The notes under the pieces were generated by a model that saw only the letters and a program-made list of their open reading frames with translations, had not been told where the DNA came from and made no database searches. The translations under genes were made by a program, and so were the position numbers. From positions 1-64,000 of the IMG/VR virus record IMGVR_UViG_3300028920_000045: a stretch of 64,000 bases of DNA; one strand, given 5' to 3'. This DNA is from a virus. Shown here piece by piece: positions 34,382 through 44,938 of this stretch (position 1 is its first letter; every line of letters begins with the position of its first letter).

Positions 34382-37177
34382 ATGTCGACCGTCCGAATCC
34401 AGACGGGGGCGACCGAGAGGATCGAGTACCTCGTCCGCGACGGGAGTCTGTCTCCCCTCACCGGGAAGTCTGACATCCTGGTCTCGATCCGTCGGATCTC
34501 GGATGGTCAGTACCTCGACTTCGACGACGACACGTTCAAGTCTTCGGGGTGGACGACCAGGCAGACGGCGATGTCGGAGGTGAGCGCGACGTACTCCCCG
34601 GGGACGTACTCGTACGACTTCGACACCTCGTCGATCACGAACCCGACGACCGACGACACGTACGTCGCCCGGGTCGAGCAGAGCCCCGGGACCGACGCGG
34701 CGAACCTCCCGGCCGAGGGAGAGATCAAGGTCGGGGAGTGGGTCGACGACATCGACGCTCCGATCTCTGGCCGGGCCGCTCCCGGTGACGCGATGGACCT
34801 GGTCACCGACGCCGTCGACTCCGACGCCGTTGCGACCTCGGGAGCGAACGAGATCCGAGACTCGATCCTCTCCGACTCGACTCCCTTTGCCGGTGCCGAC
34901 ATCGACGTGGCGATCTCGTCGAGGTCCTCTCATACTGCCAACGACGTACGAGATTCGATCCTCTCCGACTCCACTCCATTCCAGGGGGCGAGGATCGACG
35001 CGGCGATCTCGTCGAGGTCTTCCCATACCGCTAACGACGTACGGGATGCCATTCTCTCCGACTCGACTCCCTTTGCCGGTGCCGACATCGACGCGGCGAT
35101 CTCCAGTCGGTCGAGTCACACCCCGGCCGATGTCGATACCGAACTCTCGGGAACCCACGGGGCCGGATCATGGGAGGACGACTCCCCCACTCCCGGCGAC
35201 GTGGCCGACGCCGTCTGGGACGAGGCTCTCTCCGGACACACCGGACCGGGTACGGCAGGGGAAGCCCAGAGTCACCTCGACGCGGACGTCTCCTCCCGGG
35301 CGACCCAGGCCGACATCTTGTCGGATGCGACTCCCTTCCCCGGTGGGAACGTCGACGCCCAGATCTCGACCAGGTCGAGCCACACTCCCGGGGACGTGGA
35401 CACGGTCCTCTCGGGGACTCACGGTTCCGGCTCCTGGGAGGACGACTCTCCGACTCCGGGTGACGTGGCCGACGCTGTCTGGGACGAGGACCTCACCGGT
35501 CACACCGATCCGAACTCGGCCGGTGAGTCCCTGGGTCGAGTCGACGTTGACGTCTCGTCGAGGTCGAGTCACACCCCGGCCGATGTCGACACCGAACTCT
35601 CGGGGAGTCACGGTTCGGGATCGTGGGAATCCCCTTCGGTCGGTGACATCGCAGACGGAGTCTGGGACGAAGACGTCACGGCTCACACAGGTCCGAACTC
35701 GACCGGCGAGGCCCAGAACAGACTCGACGCGGACGTGTCGTCGAGGGCGGCTCCTACCGACATCCTCTCCGACTCGACTCCCTTCCAGGGTGCGAGGATC
35801 GACGCGGCGATCTCCAGCCGGTCGGACCATACCCCGGCCGACGTGGACACGGTCCTCTCTGCCTCTCACGGGGCGGGTTCCTGGGAGGACGACTCCCCGA
35901 CTCCGGGTGACGTCGCAGACGCGGTCTGGGACGAGGACCTCTCCGGTCACTCGACTCCGGGGTCGGCGGGTGAGCACCAGTTGAGACTCAATGCGACCGT
36001 CGACAGTCGGGCGACCCAGGCCGACATCTTGTCGGATGCGACCCCCTTCCAGGGGGCTCGGGTCGACGCGGCGATCTCGTCGAGGTCCTCTCACACCCCG
36101 GCAGACGTGGACACGGTCCTCTCGGGTTCTCACGGCTCGGGGTCCTGGGAGGACGACTCCCCTGCCCCGGGTACCATCGCGGGGGCCGTCTGGGACGAGG
36201 ACGTCACGACTCACACCGCTCCGAACTCGGCCGGTGAGGCACAGAACCGTCTCGACGCGGACGTCTCCTCCCGGTCGAGTCACACCCCGGCAGACGTGGA
36301 CACCGAACTCTCGGGGAGTCACGGGTCCGGGTCCTGGGAGGTCGACTCCGGGATCATCGCAGACGCGGTCTGGGACGAGGCCCTCTCCGGTCACTCCGCT
36401 CCGGGCTCGACCGGTGAAGCCCAGTCCCACCTCGACGCGGACGTGTCGTCGAGAGCGGTCCAGGGCGATGCGATGGACCTGGTCAACGACGCGGTTGACT
36501 CGGCCAGCCTCGCAACCTCCGGGGTGAACGAGATCCGAGACTCGATCCTCTCCGACTCGACTCCGTTCCCCGGTGGGAACGTCGACGCCCAGATCTCGTC
36601 GAGGTCCTCTCACACCCCGGCCGATGTCGACACCGAACTCTCGGGGAGTCACGGGGCGACCTCCTGGGAGACGGGACCGTCGGTCGGTGACATCGCAGAC
36701 GGAGTCTGGGACGAGGCTCTCTCCGGTCACTCCACCCCGGGGTCGACGGGAGAAGCCCAGGGCCACCTCGACGTCGACGTGTCGACCAGGTCGGACCATA
36801 CCCCGGCCGATGTCGATACCGAACTCACGGCAGCTCACGGGTCGGGTGCCTGGAATACGGGAGACCCGTCGGCCATCGCAGACGCGGTCTGGGACGAGGA
36901 CCTCTCCGGTCACACCGGACCGGGGTCGGCGGGTGAGTCGATGGGACGTCTCGACGTCGACGTGTCGACCAGGTCCTCGCACACCCCGGCCGACGTGGAT
37001 ACGGAACTCACAGCTCAACACGGGTCGGGGTCGTGGGAGGCCGCGTCCGTTGACCCGTCGGCAATCGCAGACGCCGTCTGGGACGAACTCGCAGAGGACC
37101 ACGTCTCGTCGGGGTCGATGGGCGAGCTACAGAACCGAGTCGACGACGGGTCCCCGTTCTCGTCCGGTCACCTCTAA
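34382..37177 (+). CDS. Large Ser/Asp/Thr/His-rich repeat protein, probable virion fibre or decoration
   Basis: N-terminal beta domain followed by about nine (D/G)(A/G)VWDE units, about nine SHTPADVDT...HGSGSW units and about seven ILSD(S/A)TPF units. Confidence 0.82.
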   Translation: MSTVRIQTGATERIEYLVRDGSLSPLTGKSDILVSIRRISDGQYLDFDDDTFKSSGWTTRQTAMSEVSATYSPGTYSYDFDTSSITNPTTDDTYVARVEQSPGTDAANLPAEGEIKVGEWVDDIDAPISGRAAPGDAMDLVTDAVDSDAVATSGANEIRDSILSDSTPFAGADIDVAISSRSSHTANDVRDSILSDSTPFQGARIDAAISSRSSHTANDVRDAILSDSTPFAGADIDAAISSRSSHTPADVDTELSGTHGAGSWEDDSPTPGDVADAVWDEALSGHTGPGTAGEAQSHLDADVSSRATQADILSDATPFPGGNVDAQISTRSSHTPGDVDTVLSGTHGSGSWEDDSPTPGDVADAVWDEDLTGHTDPNSAGESLGRVDVDVSSRSSHTPADVDTELSGSHGSGSWESPSVGDIADGVWDEDVTAHTGPNSTGEAQNRLDADVSSRAAPTDILSDSTPFQGARIDAAISSRSDHTPADVDTVLSASHGAGSWEDDSPTPGDVADAVWDEDLSGHSTPGSAGEHQLRLNATVDSRATQADILSDATPFQGARVDAAISSRSSHTPADVDTVLSGSHGSGSWEDDSPAPGTIAGAVWDEDVTTHTAPNSAGEAQNRLDADVSSRSSHTPADVDTELSGSHGSGSWEVDSGIIADAVWDEALSGHSAPGSTGEAQSHLDADVSSRAVQGDAMDLVNDAVDSASLATSGVNEIRDSILSDSTPFPGGNVDAQISSRSSHTPADVDTELSGSHGATSWETGPSVGDIADGVWDEALSGHSTPGSTGEAQGHLDVDVSTRSDHTPADVDTELTAAHGSGAWNTGDPSAIADAVWDEDLSGHTGPGSAGESMGRLDVDVSTRSSHTPADVDTELTAQHGSGSWEAASVDPSAIADAVWDELAEDHVSSGSMGELQNRVDDGSPFSSGHL
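34780..37140 (+). repeat. Degenerate coding tandem repeats within 34382..37177
   Basis: Recurring GTCTGGGACGA, CACACCCCGGC and TCCGACTCGACTCC blocks, all in frame. Confidence 0.9.
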
Positions 37178-37192
37178 AGGGAGGGTTTGACA

Positions 37193-38335
37193 ATGCCGAG
37201 TCTCGCCAGAGGTCAGGAGAACACTCCCGAGATCCTTAACTGGTTCGTCCGACAGAATGGGGTCTTGATCGACCAGTACGAGATCGGGTTCCAGATCTGG
37301 GACCTGTCCGGTGGTGCGCCCGGGACTCTCGTCTATCCGAATCCCGCCGACCCGTCCGAGTGGGAAGACGTCACCTCCGGGACCGGTCACTTCGGGACCG
37401 GGTCGTACTATGCCTATAACAACGACGACTCGGTCGGGTGGACACCCGACCTCGGTGAGCCCCTCGGTGAGCACTGGGTCAAGTGGAGGTGGAAGCCGAC
37501 GGCGTCCTCCCAGTACCGGGAGGACCAGGAGGCTTTCACCGTCCTGGTCGAGTCGGGTGGGTCGACGACGAACGAGTACGTCACCGTCCAGCAGGTACGA
37601 GACGCTGGTCTCCCTCTCGAAGCCGACGGAGGTCCGTCCGATGCTCGGGTCCTCTACCTAATCCAGTTGTACTCGAATCTGATCGACAAGGTGACTCGGT
37701 GCTTCTTTAACTCTCGGAGTCTGACCCTCTACCTCGACGGTCTCGGACACGAGTCCCTCTTCCTCCCCTTCCCGGTGATCTCGGTCTCGACCCTGGAGAT
37801 CAACCTCGTACAAGGGTCGGGCGACCCGATGTCGGACGACGACTTCCGGGTCTACAACCGGGACCTCCGGACCGACAAGATGGTCCCGAGGGTGACCCTG
37901 GTCCGAGAGCGGCAAAACATCTTCTCCGGTGTGTCGTCGGGACTCTTCGAGGTGGGTCACCAGAACCAGAAGATCTCGGGTCTCTTCGGCTGGCTCGAAG
38001 ACGGTGGAGTCCCGGTTCCGATCCAGGAGGCGGTGATCCGTCTCGTCGTGAAGAACGCGGGCAACGTGGCGACCGGTGCCGGTGGGGGAGCCGTCGGAGG
38101 ATGGGGCGGTCGAGGGTCCGCGACCGTTCCGTTCGGTGTGACCCAGGAGAAGGCCGACAAGCACTCGATCTCGTACACTGACCTCGTCGGTCCTCTGGTC
38201 AAGGCGGCAGACGCGACCGCCCTCCAGTTGATCAACGACCCGGTTGCCTACTCCCTGATCATGCAGTACCGGATCAAGACCCCGGCCGTCGGATGGTCCA
38301 GTCGGAACCGTGAACGTGCTATGATGTCTTCCTAG
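37193..38335 (+). CDS. Head-tail adaptor with extra N-terminal domain
   Basis: YVTVQQVR...LIDKVTRCFF...LDGLG...PVISVS...VPVPIQEAVIRL; position. Confidence 0.75.
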   Translation: MPSLARGQENTPEILNWFVRQNGVLIDQYEIGFQIWDLSGGAPGTLVYPNPADPSEWEDVTSGTGHFGTGSYYAYNNDDSVGWTPDLGEPLGEHWVKWRWKPTASSQYREDQEAFTVLVESGGSTTNEYVTVQQVRDAGLPLEADGGPSDARVLYLIQLYSNLIDKVTRCFFNSRSLTLYLDGLGHESLFLPFPVISVSTLEINLVQGSGDPMSDDDFRVYNRDLRTDKMVPRVTLVRERQNIFSGVSSGLFEVGHQNQKISGLFGWLEDGGVPVPIQEAVIRLVVKNAGNVATGAGGGAVGGWGGRGSATVPFGVTQEKADKHSISYTDLVGPLVKAADATALQLINDPVAYSLIMQYRIKTPAVGWSSRNRERAMMSS

Positions 38336-38346
38336 AGAGGTGACCA

Positions 38347-38757
38347 GTGGTCGCACCGAACCTAATCCACCCCGTTCCCATCGTTGTCGAGCAGATCGAC
38401 AAGGACGAGATCGAGTGGGACGAAGACGCCCAGGAGCCGGTCGGTGCCGAGGAGTACACGTCCGAGGTCACCCTCCAGGCACAGGTACACTGGCGGTCCA
38501 TCGACGACCCCGACTGGACCTGGTCCGGGAGAGACGACTCGACGAAGGGATACGTCCTCTTCCTCTGGGCCGACCTCCGGGCGAGGTCGATCACAATCGC
38601 CGTCGGTGATCACATTCGGAAGATCGGGGACCGAGACGTCGACCTCTACGTCGAGTCCTTCGAGGACGCTGCCCATTATCCCGACCTCGGTGGGGCCGGG
38701 TTCCTCCTGGCCTTCTTCGCAGACCGGACCCCGGTCTCCCATGTCGGAGATCATTAG
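38347..38757 (+). CDS. Putative head closure (stopper) protein
   Basis: Size and position after adaptor; beta-rich. Confidence 0.6.
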   Translation: MVAPNLIHPVPIVVEQIDKDEIEWDEDAQEPVGAEEYTSEVTLQAQVHWRSIDDPDWTWSGRDDSTKGYVLFLWADLRARSITIAVGDHIRKIGDRDVDLYVESFEDAAHYPDLGGAGFLLAFFADRTPVSHVGDH

Positions 38758-39479
38758 TGGCGAAGAGAGACCCGAAGTCCGGACGGTTCGTCGGTGGAGG
38801 GAAGGGGAAGTCCCGTCCCCCGAAGACGGGGAGTCGTCCGTCTGGTCTGGCCGCAGGAGCGAAGAGAACGGGAGCCGGAATCGGACCAGGGTCGACGGGC
38901 CTGGTCCTCTCCGGTGACTGGGACATCATGACCAAGACCCTCGACACTTTCGAGGGGACTCTCGCCCGAGAGATCGAGAGGGCGACCGAGATCTCCGCGA
39001 TCAAGGTTCGGGACGAGATCCGGACTCGGATCGACGACCGGAAGTACGAGCCGAACGCCCCTCGGACTCTGATCCTCAAGAACGACCCGGAGGGTCTCCC
39101 CCTGGCAGGGAAGACCCAGTCGGGAGCGGCACTCCTCAAGTCCCTGGCATACGTTCTCCTCCCTCCCTTCGCCGCGATCATCGGAGTCAACCGGTTCGCC
39201 CGATGGAAGGGTCGGGTCAACGTGGCACAGATCGTCCACGACGGGATCACGATCAAGGTCACCCCGAAGATGCGCCAGTACTTCAAATTCCTGGCGTTCA
39301 AGTACTCCGACCTCGGGTTCAAACCACTCCACCCCCGGACGACTCGGATCGTGATCCCGCCTCGTCCGTTTATCGGTGACGTAATGGACGACAAGGGTGT
39401 CCAGGCCGAGGTGAGGAAGAGGTGGGAAGAGGCCGTCGACAATGCCTTCGGTAAGGCCCACGCAAGAGGGATGGTATGA
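38757..39479 (+). CDS. Neck / virion morphogenesis protein
   Basis: EPNAPRT..., IVHDG, IVIPPRPFI motifs; position. Confidence 0.7.
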   Translation: MAKRDPKSGRFVGGGKGKSRPPKTGSRPSGLAAGAKRTGAGIGPGSTGLVLSGDWDIMTKTLDTFEGTLAREIERATEISAIKVRDEIRTRIDDRKYEPNAPRTLILKNDPEGLPLAGKTQSGAALLKSLAYVLLPPFAAIIGVNRFARWKGRVNVAQIVHDGITIKVTPKMRQYFKFLAFKYSDLGFKPLHPRTTRIVIPPRPFIGDVMDDKGVQAEVRKRWEEAVDNAFGKAHARGMV

Positions 39480-40735
39480 GAGACCAGACCTTGATCAAAC
39501 GATTCGAGTACAACGAGGGGACGAGGTCCGACCTGGTCTTCTCCGACACGGCCGAGATCTATCTGGAGTCTCGTCTCTTCCAGGGGCCGGGAGTCAAGCT
39601 CCGTCCGGACTCCTCGACGGGGGAGTACCCGACCACGGGAGAACAGTGGGTCCGACATCGGGTGACCGAACCCTTGGCCCTCCTGGGGTGGCAGGGCTTC
39701 GACTATGAAGCCGACCTTCCGGATGGGACCTCCCTGGGGTTCCGTCTCTCCGACGGAGTCGACGACTGGTACTGGGACGGAGCTGCCTGGTCGACCCCGG
39801 GAGCGGGTGACTGGAGCACGGTGCAGGAAATCAACGACAACGTCTCGACCTTCCCGTCGATGCTCGCAACGGCCGACCGGAAGAAACTCCAGGTCGTGAC
39901 AAGACTGGTCTCGACCGATAGTTCCTTGACACCGCGACTCCGGACAATTAAGCTGCTGTATCGAGCACGGATCAACTTCTCGGAGGACGTGATCTTGCGG
40001 TCCCTGATTCCAGCACTCAAGTCCGGGGTCACGACGTTCAAGGACTTCGCCAAGAAGCTCCCTGCGACGACGTCGGTCCTGGAAGTGGGTCCGGGTCAGG
40101 CTCACTCGGTCGCACCGTACGAGGTCGCGGACGTGGTCGGGGTCTGGAATCACACCGACGACCCGGATCACCTCGTCGACCTCTTCGACTCCTTCGACGA
40201 GGGAGCACAGGAGATCGCCCTCACCACCTCCGTCGACCAGGGCAAGAAGATCTGGATCTCGTTCCTCGCACCGACCGACGTGTCCATCGCAAAGCACCCC
40301 GATTATTATGAGGTTGCGACGATCCCTGCCTTGGTCGTCGAGAGACTCCGACCGGTCGGGAAGCTCCACGGCACTCCCGGTCGACGAGACGCCGTGATCA
40401 ATCGAGACCAGAAGACGGCGACCGTCGTGGCCGAGGTCGACGAGACCTCGTACGACGTGGACATCCTCGCCGTCGTGGACCGAGTCGCAGACAGGTTCCG
40501 ACTCGGTGACCGACTCCGACAGTGGGTCGACGAGAACCCCCTCCTCCACCTGGTAGGGCTCGACGACCTTCTCCCGATTCGCCTCATGAGAGATCCGGAC
40601 TGGACGGGTCAACCCGAAGGTTCCGGCCGACTCATGGGGTCCCTGACCGTACGTCTTGATCGCGTTGCCTACCCGCCACCGTCCAGGGAAAGGAACGTGA
40701 TCACAAACTGGCAACCGGAGCTGACCGGCCCCTAG
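39476..40735 (+). CDS. Putative tail completion/terminator protein with extra N-terminal domain
   Basis: Directly before sheath; PALVVE motif. Confidence 0.55.
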   Translation: MRDQTLIKRFEYNEGTRSDLVFSDTAEIYLESRLFQGPGVKLRPDSSTGEYPTTGEQWVRHRVTEPLALLGWQGFDYEADLPDGTSLGFRLSDGVDDWYWDGAAWSTPGAGDWSTVQEINDNVSTFPSMLATADRKKLQVVTRLVSTDSSLTPRLRTIKLLYRARINFSEDVILRSLIPALKSGVTTFKDFAKKLPATTSVLEVGPGQAHSVAPYEVADVVGVWNHTDDPDHLVDLFDSFDEGAQEIALTTSVDQGKKIWISFLAPTDVSIAKHPDYYEVATIPALVVERLRPVGKLHGTPGRRDAVINRDQKTATVVAEVDETSYDVDILAVVDRVADRFRLGDRLRQWVDENPLLHLVGLDDLLPIRLMRDPDWTGQPEGSGRLMGSLTVRLDRVAYPPPSRERNVITNWQPELTGP

Positions 40736-40782
40736 TCAACCCAGGGGTCCGCGACAGTCCGGGCGAAGAGAGGAAAAGAAAG

Positions 40783-43170
40783 ATGGCGCAACGTCGTTTT
40801 GGCCCGACCCTCGGCCCGGGGACCGTCGTGATCGAATCCGAGGGGCAGAAGCAGATCTCCCCCTCCCAGCTCGGGACGACCTGTCACGTCGGGGTCTACC
40901 AGAAGGGGAAGGTCGGAGAGGTGATCGAGTGTCTCCGTCGAGGGGACTTCGATACCAAGTGCGGAGGCCGTATCCCGGACTCGACGGCTCCGGACGCGGG
41001 GCAGGACTTCTTCTCCCTGGCAGGGGGAGCCGGGGAACTCGACGTGATCCGGGTGACCGACGGCGACGAACTGTCGGCCGAACGGACCTTCTACACCCGA
41101 CACGACGACGCGGACCCCGGGGCGGGGTCCTTCCTCAACGGTGCCGTCCCGTCCCTCAAGGTGACCGCCCACTCCCCCGGCCGGTGGGCCGGGACCGACT
41201 TCCTGTACGACCAGGAGGTCGCGGACACGGACGTCACGGCGACCACGGTGGACCTCGGTCTCCCGGCCGGGACCCTCGGGGTCGACCAGCTCAAGGGCGC
41301 GGTCATGACCGTCGAGGACATCGCCGGGAAGTCCTACGTCTGCACGGGGAACGACGACGCGGGCCTCTGCTCCTTCGAGAGCCACAACGACATCGCCTCC
41401 GACTGGCCGTCGGGGTCCCCGTCGGTGGTCTTCCTCTGGCTCAACGGGTCCGCGAAGAACGTGTCCGTCGTCTTCGGGAACGGGGTCGAGAACCCGACGA
41501 CCGAGTTCTCGATGGTCGTGTACGAGGACGGCGACGAGGTCCGGACGTACGAGAACCTCTCGATGGACCCGACCTCGGGTCGGTACGTGGAGAACGTGGT
41601 CAACAACGACGGGCTCAACTTCTGGGTCGAGGTCGAGGTCCAGTGGACCGGAGGCGTGACCGCCCTCGCCCGTCCGACGAATTGCTGGAGGGGTGAGTCG
41701 ACCGCCCTCACCGACCCGTCGGACTCCGACCCCGACCTCCTCACGGCCGAGGTGACCGCCGTCTCGTACGACGCGGGCAACACGGGAGACGGGACCGGTT
41801 CGGTCACCTCCTTCACCGACGAGTACCTGGAGGACGAACTCGTCTTCGAGTGTACGACCCTCGGTGGAGACGCCGTCGGCAAGTTCAAGGTCACTTCTTC
41901 GATCTATGGGACGAGCGCAGACGACATCGTGACCTCGGGGACGGAGTACGTGACCGGGACCCGAGGGGTCGGCGTGACCCTGGTCGGTGGTCTGACCGAC
42001 TGGGCCGTGGGCGACAAAGTCACGGTCAAGGTCTACCGGCTCGCCACCGACGACGAGCTGGTCGGCGGGTACCTGTATCCGGACGTCGACGGGAACCCGA
42101 ACGACTCCTTCCGGATCATCGGGAACTCGGGCAACACGATCCGGGTCGCCGTCGGGTCCGACCTCGGGTCGGTCGCCACGGTCGGGGACACCTTCTCCGT
42201 CGAGGCTCCCCAGCGACTCCAGGGAGGGGCCGACGGGATCGGTGGTCTCAAGAGCAACCTCACCCCCTTCGTCGTGGCCTTCGACACGGCGACCTCCCCG
42301 ATCAACGACCTCCGGGGGAAGGGGAAGGGTCTGGTCAAGATCGCAACCCCCGGTCTCTCGAAGTGGGCCGAGGACAACGCAATCGGCTCCCTGGGGGTCC
42401 TGGTCCACAAGGCCGGTCTCTCCTACGCGGAGTCCCGGGCCTACCAGTACCGGGTCGAGGTCCCGCCCGCGACGACCGGCGAGACCGCCGCCGACACGTA
42501 CGTCAACTCGACCGTCGGGAAAAACGACTTCGGTGTCGTCTCCTTCCCGTCGTACTGCTACGTCCTCGACCCGGACTCGACGGACGGAGCCCTCAAGGTC
42601 CTCCCCATGACCGGCATGATCCACGGTCGGGAGGCCGGGGTCGCCCGCAACTACAACGGGTATCACAAGGCGGCGGCGGGTATCGAGGTCACCCTCCCCC
42701 GGGTCCTCAAGCTGACCACGGGCAACACGGTGCTTAACGAGGAGTACCTCAACCCGCGCGGTCTCAACGTGATCAAGAAGGTCGCGGGGAACTTCGTCCT
42801 CTGGGGCGACCGGACCATCGCCTCCGACCCGACCTGGAAGTGGAAGCACCAGAGGGAGCAGATGTCCCATTACATCCTCTCCCTCCTGGAGTCCTTCGAC
42901 TGGATCATCTGGGCGCTCAACGACGAGACGACCTGGCAGCTCGCGTACGCCGCACTCTATTCCTTCTTCCTCCCGGAGTGGAACAAGAGGGCTCTGCGTG
43001 GTGACAACTTCGAGGACGCCTGCTCGATCAAGGTCGACAAGGACATCAACACGGATGCGTCGATGGCCCAGGGCGACCTCAACGCGCAGGTCTCCCTCCG
43101 TCTCGCGGACGTCGTCGAGCGCATGATCATCACGCTCGGGAAGAAGGGGATCTTCGAGGAGGCCGCGTAG
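40783..43170 (+). CDS. Contractile tail sheath protein
   Basis: PGTVVIE N-terminus; LQGGADG, YHKAAAG, LNPRGLNVI, LWGDRT, ALRG, VERMIITL. Confidence 0.95.
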   Translation: MAQRRFGPTLGPGTVVIESEGQKQISPSQLGTTCHVGVYQKGKVGEVIECLRRGDFDTKCGGRIPDSTAPDAGQDFFSLAGGAGELDVIRVTDGDELSAERTFYTRHDDADPGAGSFLNGAVPSLKVTAHSPGRWAGTDFLYDQEVADTDVTATTVDLGLPAGTLGVDQLKGAVMTVEDIAGKSYVCTGNDDAGLCSFESHNDIASDWPSGSPSVVFLWLNGSAKNVSVVFGNGVENPTTEFSMVVYEDGDEVRTYENLSMDPTSGRYVENVVNNDGLNFWVEVEVQWTGGVTALARPTNCWRGESTALTDPSDSDPDLLTAEVTAVSYDAGNTGDGTGSVTSFTDEYLEDELVFECTTLGGDAVGKFKVTSSIYGTSADDIVTSGTEYVTGTRGVGVTLVGGLTDWAVGDKVTVKVYRLATDDELVGGYLYPDVDGNPNDSFRIIGNSGNTIRVAVGSDLGSVATVGDTFSVEAPQRLQGGADGIGGLKSNLTPFVVAFDTATSPINDLRGKGKGLVKIATPGLSKWAEDNAIGSLGVLVHKAGLSYAESRAYQYRVEVPPATTGETAADTYVNSTVGKNDFGVVSFPSYCYVLDPDSTDGALKVLPMTGMIHGREAGVARNYNGYHKAAAGIEVTLPRVLKLTTGNTVLNEEYLNPRGLNVIKKVAGNFVLWGDRTIASDPTWKWKHQREQMSHYILSLLESFDWIIWALNDETTWQLAYAALYSFFLPEWNKRALRGDNFEDACSIKVDKDINTDASMAQGDLNAQVSLRLADVVERMIITLGKKGIFEEAA

Positions 43171-43241
43171 ACGGTCGACTCGTTCTCGGATCGTAACCAG
43201 GACCCGAGGAGAAGAGGGTCCGAAGGAGAAGGAGAAGGAAG

Positions 43242-43550
43242 ATGGCGAGCGGTGGCAATCGACTCATGACCGGTGCGTTCTACGGGACGGGTGCGGAGCT
43301 GACCGTCGAGGTCGGGTTCAAGCCGAAGTACGTCCGCCTCCTCAACGTGAGCGGCAACGCCCAGGCCGAGCACGTCAAGGACATGGCCGACGCCTCGGCG
43401 CAGAAGGTCGTCGACTCCGGTGCCGGTGCGACCGACATCTCGACGATCACGTCGGGCGGGATCACCCTGGAGGACTCCGGGTTCAAGCTCGGGGCCGACA
43501 CCGACCTCAACGTCGCCGGTGAGCTGGTGCGTTGGCTGGCGTGGGACTAG
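43242..43550 (+). CDS. Hypothetical small virion protein
   Basis: GAFYGTG...VGFKPKYVRL; strong RBS; between sheath and tube. Confidence 0.72.
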   Translation: MASGGNRLMTGAFYGTGAELTVEVGFKPKYVRLLNVSGNAQAEHVKDMADASAQKVVDSGAGATDISTITSGGITLEDSGFKLGADTDLNVAGELVRWLAWD

Positions 43551-43600
43551 ACCAGGTCAGTCGACCCGGTTCCTAGACCACCCGAGGAAGGAGACAGAGG

Positions 43601-44050
43601 ATGATCGGCAAGGCTTCCCTGGCACCGGATCACATTCCGGTCTCGAAGTACGACCTCCTCGTCGTCGGCATCCCGATCCCCCTGCCCTTCACGGCGATCA
43701 GTGGGATCGAGGAGGAGATCGAGAACGTGGAACTCCCGGATCGGACCACCGCCACGGGTGGTCGGTCCCGGCCCGTGGAGTTCACGGTCACCCTCCCGAT
43801 GCACGAAGACGCGGCTTACCTGGCGATGGAAGAGTGGTATCTGGAGGGCAAGGACCGGGTCGCCCCGACGTACAAGCGTCCCGCGACCCTCCTGGTCCAC
43901 CACCTCTCGAATCCCGTCCCCAGGTCGTTCCTCCTGATCGGCTGCTGGTGCTCCCGTCGTGGTCTGCCCGAACTCGCGGCCGACAACGATGGCGAGATGG
44001 CGACGGTGGAGTACACGATCCGGGCCGACTCGATCAGCCCGGGGACCTAG
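43601..44050 (+). CDS. Tail tube protein (T4 gp19-like)
   Basis: 149 aa; FTAISGI, MEEWY, FLLIGCW...PEL...EMATVEYTI. Confidence 0.82.
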   Translation: MIGKASLAPDHIPVSKYDLLVVGIPIPLPFTAISGIEEEIENVELPDRTTATGGRSRPVEFTVTLPMHEDAAYLAMEEWYLEGKDRVAPTYKRPATLLVHHLSNPVPRSFLLIGCWCSRRGLPELAADNDGEMATVEYTIRADSISPGT

Positions 44051-44134
44051 TCCTCGACGTCGTCGACGTGGTCGACGGTGACGGTCAACCCTACAACCGC
44101 CGCCTCGTGAGGGTGGCCGACTTGGGGGTACCAA

Positions 44135-44938
44135 GTGGAAACGAAGACGCTCAAGGACCAGGGGTACAACCTCCCCCTCGGTCTTCTCAAGGACGGTTCT
44201 CTCCGCAAGCCCTTCACGTTCAAGCCGTACACGATGGCCGAGGACAAGGCCATCGCCCGACGGATCGACTCGTTCGGTGACGGAGCACCGGAGTCGGTCA
44301 AGGTCTCCTTCGTCCTGTCCCAGCTCCTGATCAACCTCGGGGGCGAGGACGTCTCCGAACTGGAGCAGGGGAAGAGGGACCTCAAGGTCTTCGGACTCGG
44401 GTTCGGGGACATCATGTACGCTTACCTCATGGCCCGGGTCGAGAGTCTCGGTCCGGAGGTGAGGTTCCCCTCGGTCTGTCCGTGGTGCGAGCAGGCCTTC
44501 ACCTTTGACGGTGACCTCCTCTCGGTCGAGGTCCTCACGACGGAAGACCCGACGGAGCTGACCAAGGTCGTCGACCTGTCGGTCCCGTGGAAGGTCCGAG
44601 GGATCAGTGCGACGAGGGTTCTCCTCCGTCCGACGCCCTGGGGGATCTGTCACGGGAAGTCGGTCACCCCGGCCGAGTTCCAGGCGCAAATGTACCAGGG
44701 GGCGATCATCGGGGTCGACGACAAGGACCCCGGGTCCGAAGATCCGATCACCGAGATCGCCATGTCGCCCCTCGACATCGACACCCTCCCGAAGAGACTG
44801 GTCAACGAACTCGACGGGGCGGTCAACGATCTCAACGGTGGTCCTCGACTCCGACTCACGACGAAGTGTCCTCACGACGGATGCGGTCGTCCCGTGACTC
44901 GTCCTCTGCCCTGGGGGTTTGACTCTTTTTTCGGATGA
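44135..44938 (+). CDS. Tail assembly chaperone
   Basis: Between tube and tape measure; CPWC and CPHDGC; ends WGFDSFFG at a slippery heptamer. Confidence 0.78.
   Translation: METKTLKDQGYNLPLGLLKDGSLRKPFTFKPYTMAEDKAIARRIDSFGDGAPESVKVSFVLSQLLINLGGEDVSELEQGKRDLKVFGLGFGDIMYAYLMARVESLGPEVRFPSVCPWCEQAFTFDGDLLSVEVLTTEDPTELTKVVDLSVPWKVRGISATRVLLRPTPWGICHGKSVTPAEFQAQMYQGAIIGVDDKDPGSEDPITEIAMSPLDIDTLPKRLVNELDGAVNDLNGGPRLRLTTKCPHDGCGRPVTRPLPWGFDSFFG
44926..44932 (+). other. Putative -1 programmed ribosomal frameshift site T TTT TTC
   Basis: X XXY YYZ heptamer in frame; -1 frame reads into ORF 44935..45141. Confidence 0.75.

Noticed and set aside
34780-37140. Possible CRISPR array
   Set aside because: Repeats are degenerate at synonymous positions, in frame within a CDS, lack unique spacers, and no cas genes are present
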